From positions 1 through 64,000 of IMG/VR virus record IMGVR_UViG_3300020577_012633: DNA of 64,000 bases. The stretch is one strand, 5' to 3'. The stretch's first letter is position 1, and each line of letters starts with the position of its first letter. Below are positions 9,746 to 20,144 of the stretch, one piece after another. The notes under the pieces are model-generated. The model was not told the origin of the DNA, did not search any database, and saw nothing but the letters and a program-made list of their open reading frames with translations. The stretch is from a virus. Its lineage: Duplodnaviria > Caudoviricetes. A program made the translations under genes and the position numbers.

Positions 9746-10938
9746 TATGCTACCAATAGCTTTTTCACAGCTTCCTTATTAGACTTAAGATCAGCAAATA
9801 TTTCTGGCAATGAAAGACGCTGATTGCTGACTTCAACATGAGCCTTTCTGTTTAGACCAGGAGCATATGCTGGGAAAACGTTAGCGAATTTCTTAAATCT
9901 ATCTTCGCTTTCCTGAATGAGCAGCAAACGCATAATAACACTGTCAGTAGGCGGGAAATCTCCAGTAAGGATAACGCACAACTGTTCTATTTGCACGCCT
10001 TTTTGCCAAACTGCAACCTTGCCGTGACCAGGGAATATTTGATAAGTTCTACCGCTTTCCCCCTTAAAGGTTATAAAACCTCTGACTATGTATTTTTCAA
10101 AAGCATTCTCACCAATCAATCTCTTGAGGGTTTGTCTTGCTCTTATTTCTCTGATATCTGTTGTTCTGCGAAGAGAAGAATGACGAACAATAATATTCGG
10201 AGCTTGTCTTTTCTGAATAATTTCTTTAATAAAATCAGAAATAGGACGAACTTCAGGGCGAACTTCGTTTTTACCATACCAGTAATTAAGATGACGGAAA
10301 TATATACGATCTTCTTTTGCTATCCATTTATTATAATATGTAGTTGCTGAAGTTGTATGATTTTTAATAAAATGCGGATAAAGGTATGTGGTGCCTGTTG
10401 TTGATGAAGTTGCCATTTCAGAGTCATCATCGTATATTGCATATCCTGTAGGATTAGAAATAGATGGAGGTTGTTTTATCGTATATCTTAATGAACTTAT
10501 AGGAGACGGGAATGGTCTAGTAGGAGTTCCTTCATAAGTAGTCCCATTATAAGTTGTAGTAATCTTTTCGTATATTTGATTCATATACAAATCTGATCCT
10601 TTGTGATGCTTTAAAGCAGTTATTGTTGCGCTTAAAAAGTCTTTCTTTCTAGGATCAATTTCATTTGGACTTGCAGTAACTGGTTCGACTGCAATAGTCT
10701 CATTTTTAAATATTTTAACATGCAATCTTACTTGCATGAAATCTCTTTCAGGGAATTCCTCTGTAGGAGTGGCTATTTCTACTTTTTCAACAACGGAAAC
10801 AACTGTGTTACCATTATCATCAATGGTTGTATAAGGCAATTCATACCTGTCTTGCATGTCATAAACAGCGTCATCAACTGTTACATCTAAGACTTTTTCT
10901 TCGACACCTTTTTCTAAGATTAATGTATTTTGTTCCAT
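9745..10938 (-). CDS. hypothetical protein; partner of the GG-terminating small protein
   Basis: 397 aa; C-terminal domain with GESGRTYQI...LCV...PPTD...ANV. Confidence 0.7.
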   Translation of the reverse strand: MEQNTLILEKGVEEKVLDVTVDDAVYDMQDRYELPYTTIDDNGNTVVSVVEKVEIATPTEEFPERDFMQVRLHVKIFKNETIAVEPVTASPNEIDPRKKDFLSATITALKHHKGSDLYMNQIYEKITTTYNGTTYEGTPTRPFPSPISSLRYTIKQPPSISNPTGYAIYDDDSEMATSSTTGTTYLYPHFIKNHTTSATTYYNKWIAKEDRIYFRHLNYWYGKNEVRPEVRPISDFIKEIIQKRQAPNIIVRHSSLRRTTDIREIRARQTLKRLIGENAFEKYIVRGFITFKGESGRTYQIFPGHGKVAVWQKGVQIEQLCVILTGDFPPTDSVIMRLLLIQESEDRFKKFANVFPAYAPGLNRKAHVEVSNQRLSLPEIFADLKSNKEAVKKLLVA

Positions 10939-10946
10939 AAAATCTA

Positions 10947-11297
10947 TTAACCTCCAGCAACCATTTTCATAGGAAGAAAAATGACTTCTTCGGCTGTCGG
11001 GTCAAATTTCTCCATTGGTGACCCCTGCTTGCCATCTCCACCTACTCGATAAGCAGTTAGACCCTGACTTATAAACTGATTAAACATCTTATCTGCTTCG
11101 CTAATATCAGAAAGGCTCAGTCGATTCCAGACAAGCCTTTTATCTCCCTCTTTCTGATCTAAAATACGAAAAATACCGAACTGCTTGTTGTGTTCAAAAT
11201 CAGAAATATTTTCATCAGTAGCTATTTGTAAATTAGTATCAATAGAATGACTTATTCTATTATTTCCTGAGATTGGATTAAAAACAACAGCGCTCAT
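10947..11297 (-). CDS. small protein ending in a C-terminal diglycine (ubiquitin/ThiS-like tail)
   Basis: ends FDPTAEEVIFLPMKMVAGG-stop. Confidence 0.7.
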   Translation of the reverse strand: MSAVVFNPISGNNRISHSIDTNLQIATDENISDFEHNKQFGIFRILDQKEGDKRLVWNRLSLSDISEADKMFNQFISQGLTAYRVGGDGKQGSPMEKFDPTAEEVIFLPMKMVAGG

Positions 11298-11653
11298 ATT
11301 TTGTCTCCAAAAACTTCAATCCAATGGCTAATGTCTTTTTTAACCATTTCTCTATCGTTGATTATTACGCAATCTCTTTCTTCCTTAGATCCTACTCTTT
11401 CCTGAGTTTGCAATGTATATGGTTCCATCCTGAAAGATGATTTGGTTGCGTAGATTTCATCAACAGGTTTTCCGTCATATCTCTTATCTTCAACAATATG
11501 TCCGTTATTTATTCTTCTTTGATGTTTATGTGTACAGTTAGGACAAATAATATTGTGAATGCCATTAAGTGCCATATTTAGCTTTGCGAGGAAGTATCCT
11601 CCGCATCCGCCGCCAGACTTTGCGCAGTAGAATTCTTGCGTTACTCTTGCCAT
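11294..11653 (-). CDS. zinc-ribbon protein
   Basis: CAKSGGGC...CPNCTHKH; ATGA overlap with the next gene. Confidence 0.65.
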   Translation of the reverse strand: MARVTQEFYCAKSGGGCGGYFLAKLNMALNGIHNIICPNCTHKHQRRINNGHIVEDKRYDGKPVDEIYATKSSFRMEPYTLQTQERVGSKEERDCVIINDREMVKKDISHWIEVFGDKI

Positions 11654-11666
11654 AAAACCACTAACT

Positions 11667-12164
11667 CTATTGTGTTATTTTTTCAAGGTAAAGAACGACT
11701 TTTTTCAACTCAGAAAGCGAAGCATCGCTTTTTATTGTATTAGCTTTGTGAGAAATAACATGGATGTTTCCTTTTACATAGCCTTTGTTCGGGTTTATCC
11801 TGTCTAATGTTGGAGAATTTGACCAGCAATTTTCTTTTCCAATTTCTAGCTTTATTCCAAGTATGGGGCAATACTCAGGTATCTGAATATCTTCTTTATC
11901 AAGATTGAACTCTATTCCTAGTTTTTTGGATCTTGATTTTACTTGACAAAACATATAGTTGACAGGATTTTTTCTTATTAAGTCTCTTTTGTATGCATTG
12001 GTTTTTTCTCTATCTTTATTTTGACTTCTTGTTGCTCTTTCTATTGAAGCTTTCCTGTTTTTCTTGTAGTAAGAATCACAATACTTTTGACAGTCTTTGC
12101 ATTTCTTGTTTCCTTCAGAAAAATCAGAAACCTGCTTTTCTACCTTACATCTATTACATTTCAT
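11667..12164 (-). CDS. His-Me finger (HNH-type) endonuclease, probable free-standing homing endonuclease
   Basis: N-terminal CxxC/CxxC; CPILG...SPTLDRINPNKGYVKGNIHVIS..AN..K. Confidence 0.8.
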   Translation of the reverse strand: MKCNRCKVEKQVSDFSEGNKKCKDCQKYCDSYYKKNRKASIERATRSQNKDREKTNAYKRDLIRKNPVNYMFCQVKSRSKKLGIEFNLDKEDIQIPEYCPILGIKLEIGKENCWSNSPTLDRINPNKGYVKGNIHVISHKANTIKSDASLSELKKVVLYLEKITQ

Positions 12165-12218
12165 TCGCTTCTCCTGCTAAAAACCTAGTTGTATATAGGT
12201 TTTCGACAGTTAGCGAAA

Positions 12219-13157
12219 TTATCCTTTGAAAAATTCATTTGCATGAACAAATTTCATACCAACTCTTGCAGCACATGTTTTGTCAGTAGTCATATCACCG
12301 ACAAATATGCATTGAGAAGCGTCAAGTTTATACTTTTCGATGAATTGAACCGGAAGTCCTGGCATAGGTTTCCTGCAAAAGCAGCTAATAGGAGGTACTC
12401 GATGCGGGCAGAATGATACGTCAATATCAATACCCAAAAGTTCGATTGTTTTATCGAAGCAAGCTTTTGCCTGCTCCATTGTTAGATCGCCCTTTTCTAC
12501 TCCACTCTGGTTACTAACTCCCAAAAGAATGTATCCTTCCTTTTTCTTAGCAGACAGGATTTCTTTTCTATTTGGAAGAATGAATATATCTTCAGGATCT
12601 GTTGGGAATTTAGAGCCGCTTTTCGTGTCTCTCAAAGTTCCGTCAAAGTCTAGGAACAAAGCTTTTTTATTGTATGCAGGGTCTTTTCTTCTCGCAAAAG
12701 GAATACCTTTTATTGCGTCAAATCCTTCATCATGCGTTGGTTTTTCAAACTGCTTGCGATAATTGAAAAGAACAGCAGCAGGAAATATGTTTGGGCTTTT
12801 TGCCTTTTTAATTTCATCATTACTAAGGAGTTTGCCATATCGCTTGACCATTCTAGAGCAAGCGTTGAATTGAGCGTCTTCGATAGAAGACAAAAGATAT
12901 GAGCAAGTTATTGATGCTCCACAAGCCTTTCCAAGAGCTATAAAAGGATTCCTAGACTCTATGGAAGGGAAAGTGTTATCAAGGACAACGTTATTGCCAG
13001 ATTTCAAGGCAGCTTCAACAACAGGAAGAAGCTCAATAATAGTTCCGCCTTCTTTGTCACGATTGACATGAACGAAACCTCTAGAAATGTAATCCTCCGC
13101 TATGGTTGTTTTACCAGCAGCAGGAAAGCCAACTATCATTACAAGTTCTTGACTCAT
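12219..13157 (-). CDS. polynucleotide 5'-kinase / 3'-phosphatase (PNKP-like)
   Basis: P-loop GFPAAGKT, VNRD, LDNT; HAD DFDGTL, SNQSG, RKPxPG and VGD. Confidence 0.85.
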   Translation of the reverse strand: MSQELVMIVGFPAAGKTTIAEDYISRGFVHVNRDKEGGTIIELLPVVEAALKSGNNVVLDNTFPSIESRNPFIALGKACGASITCSYLLSSIEDAQFNACSRMVKRYGKLLSNDEIKKAKSPNIFPAAVLFNYRKQFEKPTHDEGFDAIKGIPFARRKDPAYNKKALFLDFDGTLRDTKSGSKFPTDPEDIFILPNRKEILSAKKKEGYILLGVSNQSGVEKGDLTMEQAKACFDKTIELLGIDIDVSFCPHRVPPISCFCRKPMPGLPVQFIEKYKLDASQCIFVGDMTTDKTCAARVGMKFVHANEFFKG

Positions 13158-13474
13158 TGCTTTCCCGGTTCAAGAGTTGTTTCAACAAATACTTTCTTTT
13201 CAATTTTTGGTCTATTCGCATGAATAGGCACAAACTTTTCATTATGAATAGTTTTATACTCTATTGCTTCTTGCCATTTTTGTCTATTTTCGTAAACAAG
13301 ATATTCCCAACAATCTTGTGAATTTTCAGGATACCCATGACCAGGATTGGTTCTAGATCTTTCATCTCCAGGTATATAAATTGATCTATATTGAAGTATT
13401 GCAAAATGCTCCCCAAAAGGAACATCATCAGGAACATGGGCAAACTTCTTTGGATAGTTAAAAATGGGAGGCAT
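13154..13474 (-). CDS. hypothetical phage protein
   Basis: 106 aa; IPGDERSRTNPGHGYP motif. Confidence 0.65.
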   Translation of the reverse strand: MPPIFNYPKKFAHVPDDVPFGEHFAILQYRSIYIPGDERSRTNPGHGYPENSQDCWEYLVYENRQKWQEAIEYKTIHNEKFVPIHANRPKIEKKVFVETTLEPGKQ

Positions 13475-13476
13475 AG

Positions 13477-13836
13477 TTATTTTCCAGCTACAAAATCATC
13501 AATTAATTTGACAGAATCCCCAAAGGAAACGGATTCAAAGATAAGGGAAATGTCAATCTTGCCCTTATCAATGACTCTTTCAAATTTTGCATTGATAGGA
13601 TTGCCTTTTTCGTCATTGCCAGTCATCACAAGTGGTGGTGAAAACCCTCTCGCTCTACCTTCCTTCCACCATCCATAAAAATCAGCAACAGGACATGCAA
13701 ATTTGGTATTTTTAGCATCATCGTGAAGATGAACTTCTCCTTTATGTTCATGAATACGAAAGCTGGAAGAAGCTCCAAGATTAATCGTTTTACCTGCCGC
13801 TGGAGGAGTAACTACTTTTTCATTCGTTCCGCCCAT
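13477..13836 (-). CDS. hypothetical protein
   Basis: 119-aa ORF with RBS GGAG. Confidence 0.6.
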   Translation of the reverse strand: MGGTNEKVVTPPAAGKTINLGASSSFRIHEHKGEVHLHDDAKNTKFACPVADFYGWWKEGRARGFSPPLVMTGNDEKGNPINAKFERVIDKGKIDISLIFESVSFGDSVKLIDDFVAGK

Positions 13837-14125
13837 TGCTATCTCCTAAGTCATAAGGAAGTTGTTCTTTTCCCGGCTTCCCGATGTATTCCCAATCATT
13901 ATGAGGCGTTCCATTCCAATAACAACATTGAAACTCGCCTAAATGCGATTGAGTTTCATCATATTGAAGATAATTGCCGTTTTCAAGCCTTTTTGTGATA
14001 GTTCTGTAAAGAAACGTGTCTTTTCTGAAAGCTACATAGATGTTTTTTTGATCTAAAGAAAGGGATAAAGGTATTTTAACCCTAGCTGGTAAACCAAAAG
14101 TGTTTTCTATTTCTTTTACATTCAT
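13820..14125 (-). CDS. hypothetical protein
   Basis: 101-aa ORF coupled to neighbours. Confidence 0.55.
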   Translation of the reverse strand: MNVKEIENTFGLPARVKIPLSLSLDQKNIYVAFRKDTFLYRTITKRLENGNYLQYDETQSHLGEFQCCYWNGTPHNDWEYIGKPGKEQLPYDLGDSNGRNE

Positions 14126-14685
14126 ATTTCAATTGGTATGAGATATTCAGAAGGTATTGTCATATTACCCTTTACGTCTTCAAAAACATTTCTTTTTGCG
14201 TTTTCTTCATCAAGCATTCTAATTCCATCAGTAATATGAAGAATAGGAGCTGAATAAACTTCACAAACTCCTTTTCCTCTTATATTGTATGAAGCCATTA
14301 CATTGAAGCATTCAATACGATCTGGATGATTACTTATTGAACCGTATTTTTCTAGTTCTATATCCATTTCTTCTCTGCTTTTAATATTCGTAAGTGTCCA
14401 GCATTCAGTAACATGAATTACTGCAACTGCGTTATATCTTTTTGCTAATGATCTAGCAAAATCTGCTGCCAGTTCTTTTGGAATATTTGTTATTGCAGGA
14501 GGAAAGATAATGATTTTCATATCAGATGTTATGATCTGAAAAATCATAGAAAATTCTTCTGTTTCATTTTTTAGAAATGCTTTCATAGTCTCGACATGAT
14601 TTTCTATTGAAAATTTGATAAAATCAATAAGATCTTTACCTGTTATAGTAGTTTCGCAGGTATTATCTTTTTCAAGACTTTCCAT
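14122..14685 (-). CDS. hypothetical protein
   Basis: 187 aa; ExW...PDRIE motif. Confidence 0.6.
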   Translation of the reverse strand: MESLEKDNTCETTITGKDLIDFIKFSIENHVETMKAFLKNETEEFSMIFQIITSDMKIIIFPPAITNIPKELAADFARSLAKRYNAVAVIHVTECWTLTNIKSREEMDIELEKYGSISNHPDRIECFNVMASYNIRGKGVCEVYSAPILHITDGIRMLDEENAKRNVFEDVKGNMTIPSEYLIPIEI

Positions 14686-14694
14686 GTGCTATTC

Positions 14695-17259
14695 CTAGTT
14701 AGAGAGGACCGTTTCTTCTACGAGTTCTTCAACTTGTTGAGATACAGATGAAGCTGCAACAACTTCATCACCATCCGACAATTTCAAAAGTCTGCTACCG
14801 TTTGTTCCTCTATTCATGACGCGAACATCATCAGCAGATACTCTTACCATTTGTCCCTGTTTAGTAATTATGACGATATCTTTGCCATTCTTTAGAGGTA
14901 TAACACCAACGCTTTTCCCTGTCTTTCCGTCTAGGTTTATATCCATGCGACCCTTGCCTCCCCGAGATTGTTGGCGAAGTTTAGACCCGTCGCCAGGAGA
15001 CATAAGGTATTCATCAACGTGAGTTCGCTTACCCCAACCCTTATTGGTAAGGGTCATCATACTAAGATCTTTGTCGTCGGTAACTGTATCTCCATCCTTA
15101 TCAAATTTCATAGGAACGGAAACTCCACCAACAACGTAATCTTTATCCTCTAATTTGATTCCAGTAACACCTTGTGATGTTCTGCCAGCTATTCTAACTT
15201 GGAGTTCGCTAAATCGAATGGCGCTACCAAGGTGAGTTACTAGCAGGAGATCATCAACACCTTTAGTAGTAAGAACAGAAACGATACTGTCACCTGGCTT
15301 TACTTTGACCGCGATTATTCCACCCTGATTTATTTTGGCATATTGTCTAATGGCAGCTCTTTTGACAATACCATTCTTGCTCAGGAAGTTAAGGAAAATA
15401 TGCTGCTTTCCAAGACCCTTGATAGGAAGATATGCGCAGACTTTTTCTCCATCTTTTAGATTGACAAAGTTGATAATTGGTCTGCCGCGAGCAGTTCTGC
15501 TTGCTTCAGGAAGCTCAAACACTTTGATAGAGAAGGCTCGTCCTGTATTGGTAAAACAAAGAAGATCATCATGAGTTGATGCAGAGAACATTGCCTGCAT
15601 GAAAAGATCATCTTTCGTGTCGCCTGAAATAACACCGACGCCTCCACGATTTTGCTTCTTGTATTCGCTCAAAGCAACTCGCTTAATGCAATCGTCAGTA
15701 GTAATACAAACGACAACATCTTCAACGTCTATTAGATCTGCTACAGAAATATTTCCAGCAGCAGCATCAATCTGAGTTCTGCGAGCATCTCCAAGTTTTG
15801 CTGCCAATTCTTTTTGTTCCGCAAGAACAATTTGAAGAATTTCAGATTGACTTGCAAGAGTCTTATTAAGCCAAATGACTCTTTCGTCTTTCTTGGCTTT
15901 CTCTTCTATCAAAGACCCTTGTTCAAGCTTTGTGAGTTTTGCCAGTGTAATAGAAAGAACCGCTTTGGCTTGTCTTTCAGTTTTTACGAGACCCTTTTCA
16001 ATTAACAGTTTCATTGCATGGTCAGCATCATCAGCACTTCGCACTATTTTAATAGCTTCGTCAATGCGAGAGGCAACGCTAATGAGACCTTCAAGGACTT
16101 CTATTCTGTCAAGAGTATCAGAAAGCTCAGCCTGGAATTTCTTATTTAGAACTTCCTGTCTGTGGTCAATAAAAGCTTTGATAAGCGTAGTGATTGGAGC
16201 TTTGTCATAAAGCTTTCCTCCAATCATAACAGTAGCATTAACTGAAAATGTTATTCTTAGGCAGGTATGAGAAAGAATCTGATTGAGAATAACCTTTGCA
16301 TTCCCGTTGCGCCCGATTTCGACAACAACTTTAGTGCCAATCTTGTTAGAAGAGTAATTGGGGATATCAGAAATACCGCCAATCTTTCCTTTTTCTATAA
16401 GGTCTTTCAATTGACTACGGAATTTTTCCGGAGATCCTCCCTCAGGGAATTCAGTAATGACAATCTTATCATTACCTTTAGGATCATTTTCAATTGTATA
16501 TACGCCTTCAATCTCAATTGAGCCTTTTCCATTCTGGTAATAGTCAAGCACTCCTTCTTGACCAAGCAGTCTTCCTCCAGTTGGGAAGTCTGGACCAGGC
16601 ATGATCTTTATAATTTCCTTAGCAGTAATGCTAGGATTTTTAATAAACGCTTCAAAAACACTAACAAGTTCTTGTAAATTGTGTGGAGGAATATTTGTTG
16701 CATATCCTACCGCAATACCAGAACCTCCGTTTACAAGAAGATTAGGCAATTTGGCAGGAAGAACTGTGGGTTCTTGTTTAGAATCGTCGTAGTTTTGCTT
16801 ATAGGAAACAACTCTTGGAGAAAGGTCTTCAAGAAGAGCCATACCAAAATGAGATAGTTTGGCTTCAGTATATCGCATTGCGGCTGGAGGATCGCCGTCA
16901 ATAGATCCAAAGTTTCCTTGAGGCTCAACCAACGGAGATCGCATGCCCCATGATTGAGCCATTTTTACAAGGGTAGGATAAACAACTGCTTCGCCGTGAG
17001 GGTGATAATCACCAGAAGTAATGCCGGCGATTTTAGCACACTTCATGTGCTTTTTACCTGGAGACAGTCCAAGTTGATCCATTGCATATAAAATGCGACG
17101 TTGAGACGGCTTGAGTCCATCTCTTGCGTCTGGAATTGCTCTATCTTCAATAACCTTAAAGGCATATCGAGTAAATGATTCATCAAGGATTTGGCTAAAT
17201 TCTTGATGTTCAATTTGATCAGGAATAATAACTTCTTCAACTATTTTTTTCTTTGACAT
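14695..17259 (-). CDS. gyrA: DNA gyrase subunit A
   Basis: DGLKP, YHPHGE, AAMRYTE (catalytic Tyr), GPDFPTG; GyrA-box QNRGGVG; beta-pinwheel repeats. Confidence 0.95.
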   Translation of the reverse strand: MSKKKIVEEVIIPDQIEHQEFSQILDESFTRYAFKVIEDRAIPDARDGLKPSQRRILYAMDQLGLSPGKKHMKCAKIAGITSGDYHPHGEAVVYPTLVKMAQSWGMRSPLVEPQGNFGSIDGDPPAAMRYTEAKLSHFGMALLEDLSPRVVSYKQNYDDSKQEPTVLPAKLPNLLVNGGSGIAVGYATNIPPHNLQELVSVFEAFIKNPSITAKEIIKIMPGPDFPTGGRLLGQEGVLDYYQNGKGSIEIEGVYTIENDPKGNDKIVITEFPEGGSPEKFRSQLKDLIEKGKIGGISDIPNYSSNKIGTKVVVEIGRNGNAKVILNQILSHTCLRITFSVNATVMIGGKLYDKAPITTLIKAFIDHRQEVLNKKFQAELSDTLDRIEVLEGLISVASRIDEAIKIVRSADDADHAMKLLIEKGLVKTERQAKAVLSITLAKLTKLEQGSLIEEKAKKDERVIWLNKTLASQSEILQIVLAEQKELAAKLGDARRTQIDAAAGNISVADLIDVEDVVVCITTDDCIKRVALSEYKKQNRGGVGVISGDTKDDLFMQAMFSASTHDDLLCFTNTGRAFSIKVFELPEASRTARGRPIINFVNLKDGEKVCAYLPIKGLGKQHIFLNFLSKNGIVKRAAIRQYAKINQGGIIAVKVKPGDSIVSVLTTKGVDDLLLVTHLGSAIRFSELQVRIAGRTSQGVTGIKLEDKDYVVGGVSVPMKFDKDGDTVTDDKDLSMMTLTNKGWGKRTHVDEYLMSPGDGSKLRQQSRGGKGRMDINLDGKTGKSVGVIPLKNGKDIVIITKQGQMVRVSADDVRVMNRGTNGSRLLKLSDGDEVVAASSVSQQVEELVEETVLSN

Positions 17260-17262
17260 ATT

Positions 17263-19197
17263 TTACTCAACAACAGATATAACAGAGTTGTTCACGTTGT
17301 TTGTTATGTGTTCTCTTCTGAGAGGAACGTTTTTTCCCATCAGTACAGTAAGCATTCTCTCTGCTTCCGCTGCATCTTCCATAGTTACTTGCAAAAGGTG
17401 TCTTTTTCCCCTGCGCATTGTTGTTTCAGCTAGCTGCTCGGCGTCCATTTCTCCCAGTCCCTTGAATCTTTTTACATCAGGCTTTGTAGCAAATTTTGAA
17501 AGATTTTCTTGAAGTTCTTTATCCGACCAGCAATATATTGGTTCGCCCTTCTTTTCGATCATATAAAGAGGAGCTTGAGCAATATATATATGACCATGCT
17601 CAACGAGAGGTCTCATAAAACGATAGAAGAATGTCATCAAAAGAGTACGAATGTGATATCCATCATCATCAGCGTCAGACATGATAATGATTTTACCATA
17701 TTTGAGCTTAGTAATATCAAAGTTATCTTTTACTCCTGTGCCAATGCAAATCATAAGATTTATGACTTCATCATTTTTCATCAAGTCAGAAAGATCGTTT
17801 TTTTCTGCATTGATAATCTTACCCTTATTGGACAAGATTGCCTGAACTTCGCTATCTCTGCCACCGGAAGCAGAACCGGCAGCAGAATCACCTTCGACAA
17901 TGAATAGTTCTGTTACAGTATTATCAGAGCTACGACAATCGCGAAGTTTTCCAGGGATTCGACCACTACTGCCAAGAAAACTTTTCTTCTTCAAAGCAGA
18001 TGCAGCATCCTTAGCAGCTTTTCTAGCGCGTTGGGCAAGCAATGCTCTATCTACTACCTTGCTCAGGATTTTTGGATTGCGCTCAAAGTAATCAGTAAGC
18101 AACTCAGAAGTAACTACACTAACAACTGATTCGGCTTCAACTGTACCGAGTTTGGCTTTAGTTTGTCCTACAAATTGAGGTTGGGGGAGACGAATGCTAA
18201 TAATAGCAGTCAAGCCTTCCTGAATGTCTCTGCCTTCAAGACCTTCATCTTTTTCCTTGAAGGTTCCATTAGCAAAAGCAAGTTTGTTTACTGTTCTTGT
18301 GATAGATGTTTTGAAGCCAGAGAGATGGGTTCCTCCATCAATCGTATTGATATTGTTTGCATAAGAAAATATCAAACTATCATCTTCGTCGGTCCAGGAT
18401 AAAGCTACTTCAACCTGCATTCCATCAAGATTCTTTTGCCCATATATAGGGTTATCAGGATAGATGCCATTTTTGTTTTGCACAAGATAAAGGACGTAAT
18501 CTCCAATACCTCCATCAAATTTATATTCTTCTTTTGTTCCTGTTGCTTCATTGGCGAAGACAAGGCGAAGGCCTTTATTGAGAAAAGCTGTTTCTCTCAA
18601 CCTGCGAATGATATCTTTTTCATCAAGCTTAACTCCATGCTTGAAGATTTGAATATCGGCGTGCCAAGTTGATTTCGTGCCTGTTTGTTTTTCGCTTTTT
18701 TCAAGCTTGCGAACCTTTTTCACATCGTCAATAGGTTTGCCGCGAATATATTCTTGTTTCCACAGGTACCCTTCTCTGCGTACTTCAACTGACATGGAAT
18801 CAGATAGAGCATTAACGCAAGAAGCTCCAACACCATGAAGACCGCCAGATGCAACATATCCGTTGGAATCGGAAGTCATTTTTCCGCCAGCATGAAGAAC
18901 TGTCATTGCAACTTCCAGAGCTGACTTATTCTCTGTAGGATGCATATCAACAGGAATTCCTCGACCGTTATCTTCTATAGATATTGTTTCTTCATCTTTA
19001 GCAATTGTGATGAAAATAGAATCTGCATGACCAGCCATTGCTTCGTCTACAGAGTTATCAAGAATTTCCCATATTAGATGGTGAAGGCCTTTTTTATCAG
19101 TATCTCCAATGTACATTGCAGGGCGGTGCCTTACGGCTTCCAGACCCTTTAGTACCTGAATCTTTGCTCCGCTGTATCCACTATTGTCGTTTGACAT
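17263..19197 (-). CDS. gyrB: DNA gyrase subunit B
   Basis: EILDNSVDE, DNGRGIP, GGLHGVG, VEGDSA, DADDDG and RFKGLGEM. Confidence 0.95.
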   Translation of the reverse strand: MSNDNSGYSGAKIQVLKGLEAVRHRPAMYIGDTDKKGLHHLIWEILDNSVDEAMAGHADSIFITIAKDEETISIEDNGRGIPVDMHPTENKSALEVAMTVLHAGGKMTSDSNGYVASGGLHGVGASCVNALSDSMSVEVRREGYLWKQEYIRGKPIDDVKKVRKLEKSEKQTGTKSTWHADIQIFKHGVKLDEKDIIRRLRETAFLNKGLRLVFANEATGTKEEYKFDGGIGDYVLYLVQNKNGIYPDNPIYGQKNLDGMQVEVALSWTDEDDSLIFSYANNINTIDGGTHLSGFKTSITRTVNKLAFANGTFKEKDEGLEGRDIQEGLTAIISIRLPQPQFVGQTKAKLGTVEAESVVSVVTSELLTDYFERNPKILSKVVDRALLAQRARKAAKDAASALKKKSFLGSSGRIPGKLRDCRSSDNTVTELFIVEGDSAAGSASGGRDSEVQAILSNKGKIINAEKNDLSDLMKNDEVINLMICIGTGVKDNFDITKLKYGKIIIMSDADDDGYHIRTLLMTFFYRFMRPLVEHGHIYIAQAPLYMIEKKGEPIYCWSDKELQENLSKFATKPDVKRFKGLGEMDAEQLAETTMRRGKRHLLQVTMEDAAEAERMLTVLMGKNVPLRREHITNNVNNSVISVVE

Positions 19198-19241
19198 TAC
19201 GAATTCCGTCCTTTGCTTGTGCTTATAGATAATTGTACTGA

Positions 19242-19258
19242 AAGTCTAGGGCAGATTT
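19242..19258 (-). promoter_or_regulatory. AAATC-N4-CTAGACTT motif upstream of gyrB
   Basis: one of six orientation-consistent upstream copies (see findings). Confidence 0.6.
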
Positions 19259-19289
19259 ACCCTTATCATAGCCTTACTCTAAAGATTTT

Positions 19290-20144
19290 TTAGCCATTTT
19301 GTGGCAATGGAGGATCTGTTGGAGGAGGAGAAACCTCAATGTATTCCTGCAATGGATACATACTTTTCATTGCTTCTTTTCTGGTTTTATGATAAGTTCG
19401 AGTATCTTTTTCGCCCATAGCTTTCCATTTTCGATAGTTATACTCTTGCCAAAAATCCCATATATCTTTATGTTCTGGTTTAGAAGAATCAATTATCTCA
19501 TCAGTTTTTTCCCATTTGACTTGATAAGATTCTCTGCGAACTGGTACAATCTGAGCAAGTGGAGGCCACATGTTTCTTCTAAGCTTAACGACCTCTCCAG
19601 ATCTAATGAACTCAAGGTTCATCCAAATATCATAAGCCATCCAGTCAGTTTCTAGAATACCTTCTTGAATCCAAAATGGTCTTTTATGAACTTCAGTAAA
19701 GTTTATTGGAGATCGAACATGAAGACCCCAACCAGGAGGAGTTCGGAAAATACAGCCAGTCCATATTTGGTATACATCAGGAGCTGCAACGCCTTTTCCT
19801 AGTAGTGTTCTTTTTGAGTCTCTAAATTTGTCTTCTTCTCTCAAATTTGAACGAATAACATAATCTTCAAGATTTTCGAAATCTTCTAAAATATTTTCAG
19901 TATAAGTTCCATCTCCATTGTATGAAATATCCATATCAAATGGAGGGTTTACCCACCAACCTGCTTGATTTGCGTGAATGTACGGACCACAGTATTTTAC
20001 AGCGCCTTCATTTGCATCTCCATTGAGCTTATTATTGCTTTTTTCAAAGCTTGCTCCAGATGGATGCAGTCTGTAAATACGAAGAGTATGATCGCCTTCA
20101 ATAGGCTCAAGTTTTTTTGCAGGGAACTTGAATGGACAGTTCAT
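19290..20144 (-). CDS. DUF6065-like protein
   Basis: CGPYxxANQxGW, IFRTPPGW, SPIN and EGILETDW motifs. Confidence 0.6.
   Translation of the reverse strand: MNCPFKFPAKKLEPIEGDHTLRIYRLHPSGASFEKSNNKLNGDANEGAVKYCGPYIHANQAGWWVNPPFDMDISYNGDGTYTENILEDFENLEDYVIRSNLREEDKFRDSKRTLLGKGVAAPDVYQIWTGCIFRTPPGWGLHVRSPINFTEVHKRPFWIQEGILETDWMAYDIWMNLEFIRSGEVVKLRRNMWPPLAQIVPVRRESYQVKWEKTDEIIDSSKPEHKDIWDFWQEYNYRKWKAMGEKDTRTYHKTRKEAMKSMYPLQEYIEVSPPPTDPPLPQNG

Noticed and set aside
12645-12652. CTAGACTT core inside the PNKP gene
   Set aside because: It is intragenic, encodes the FLDF motif and lacks the AAATC half, so it is probably chance.
14816-19232. Numerous plus-strand ORFs opposite gyrA/gyrB, and similar antisense ORFs elsewhere
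   Set aside because: They are shadow frames of well-supported minus-strand genes and carry no motifs.
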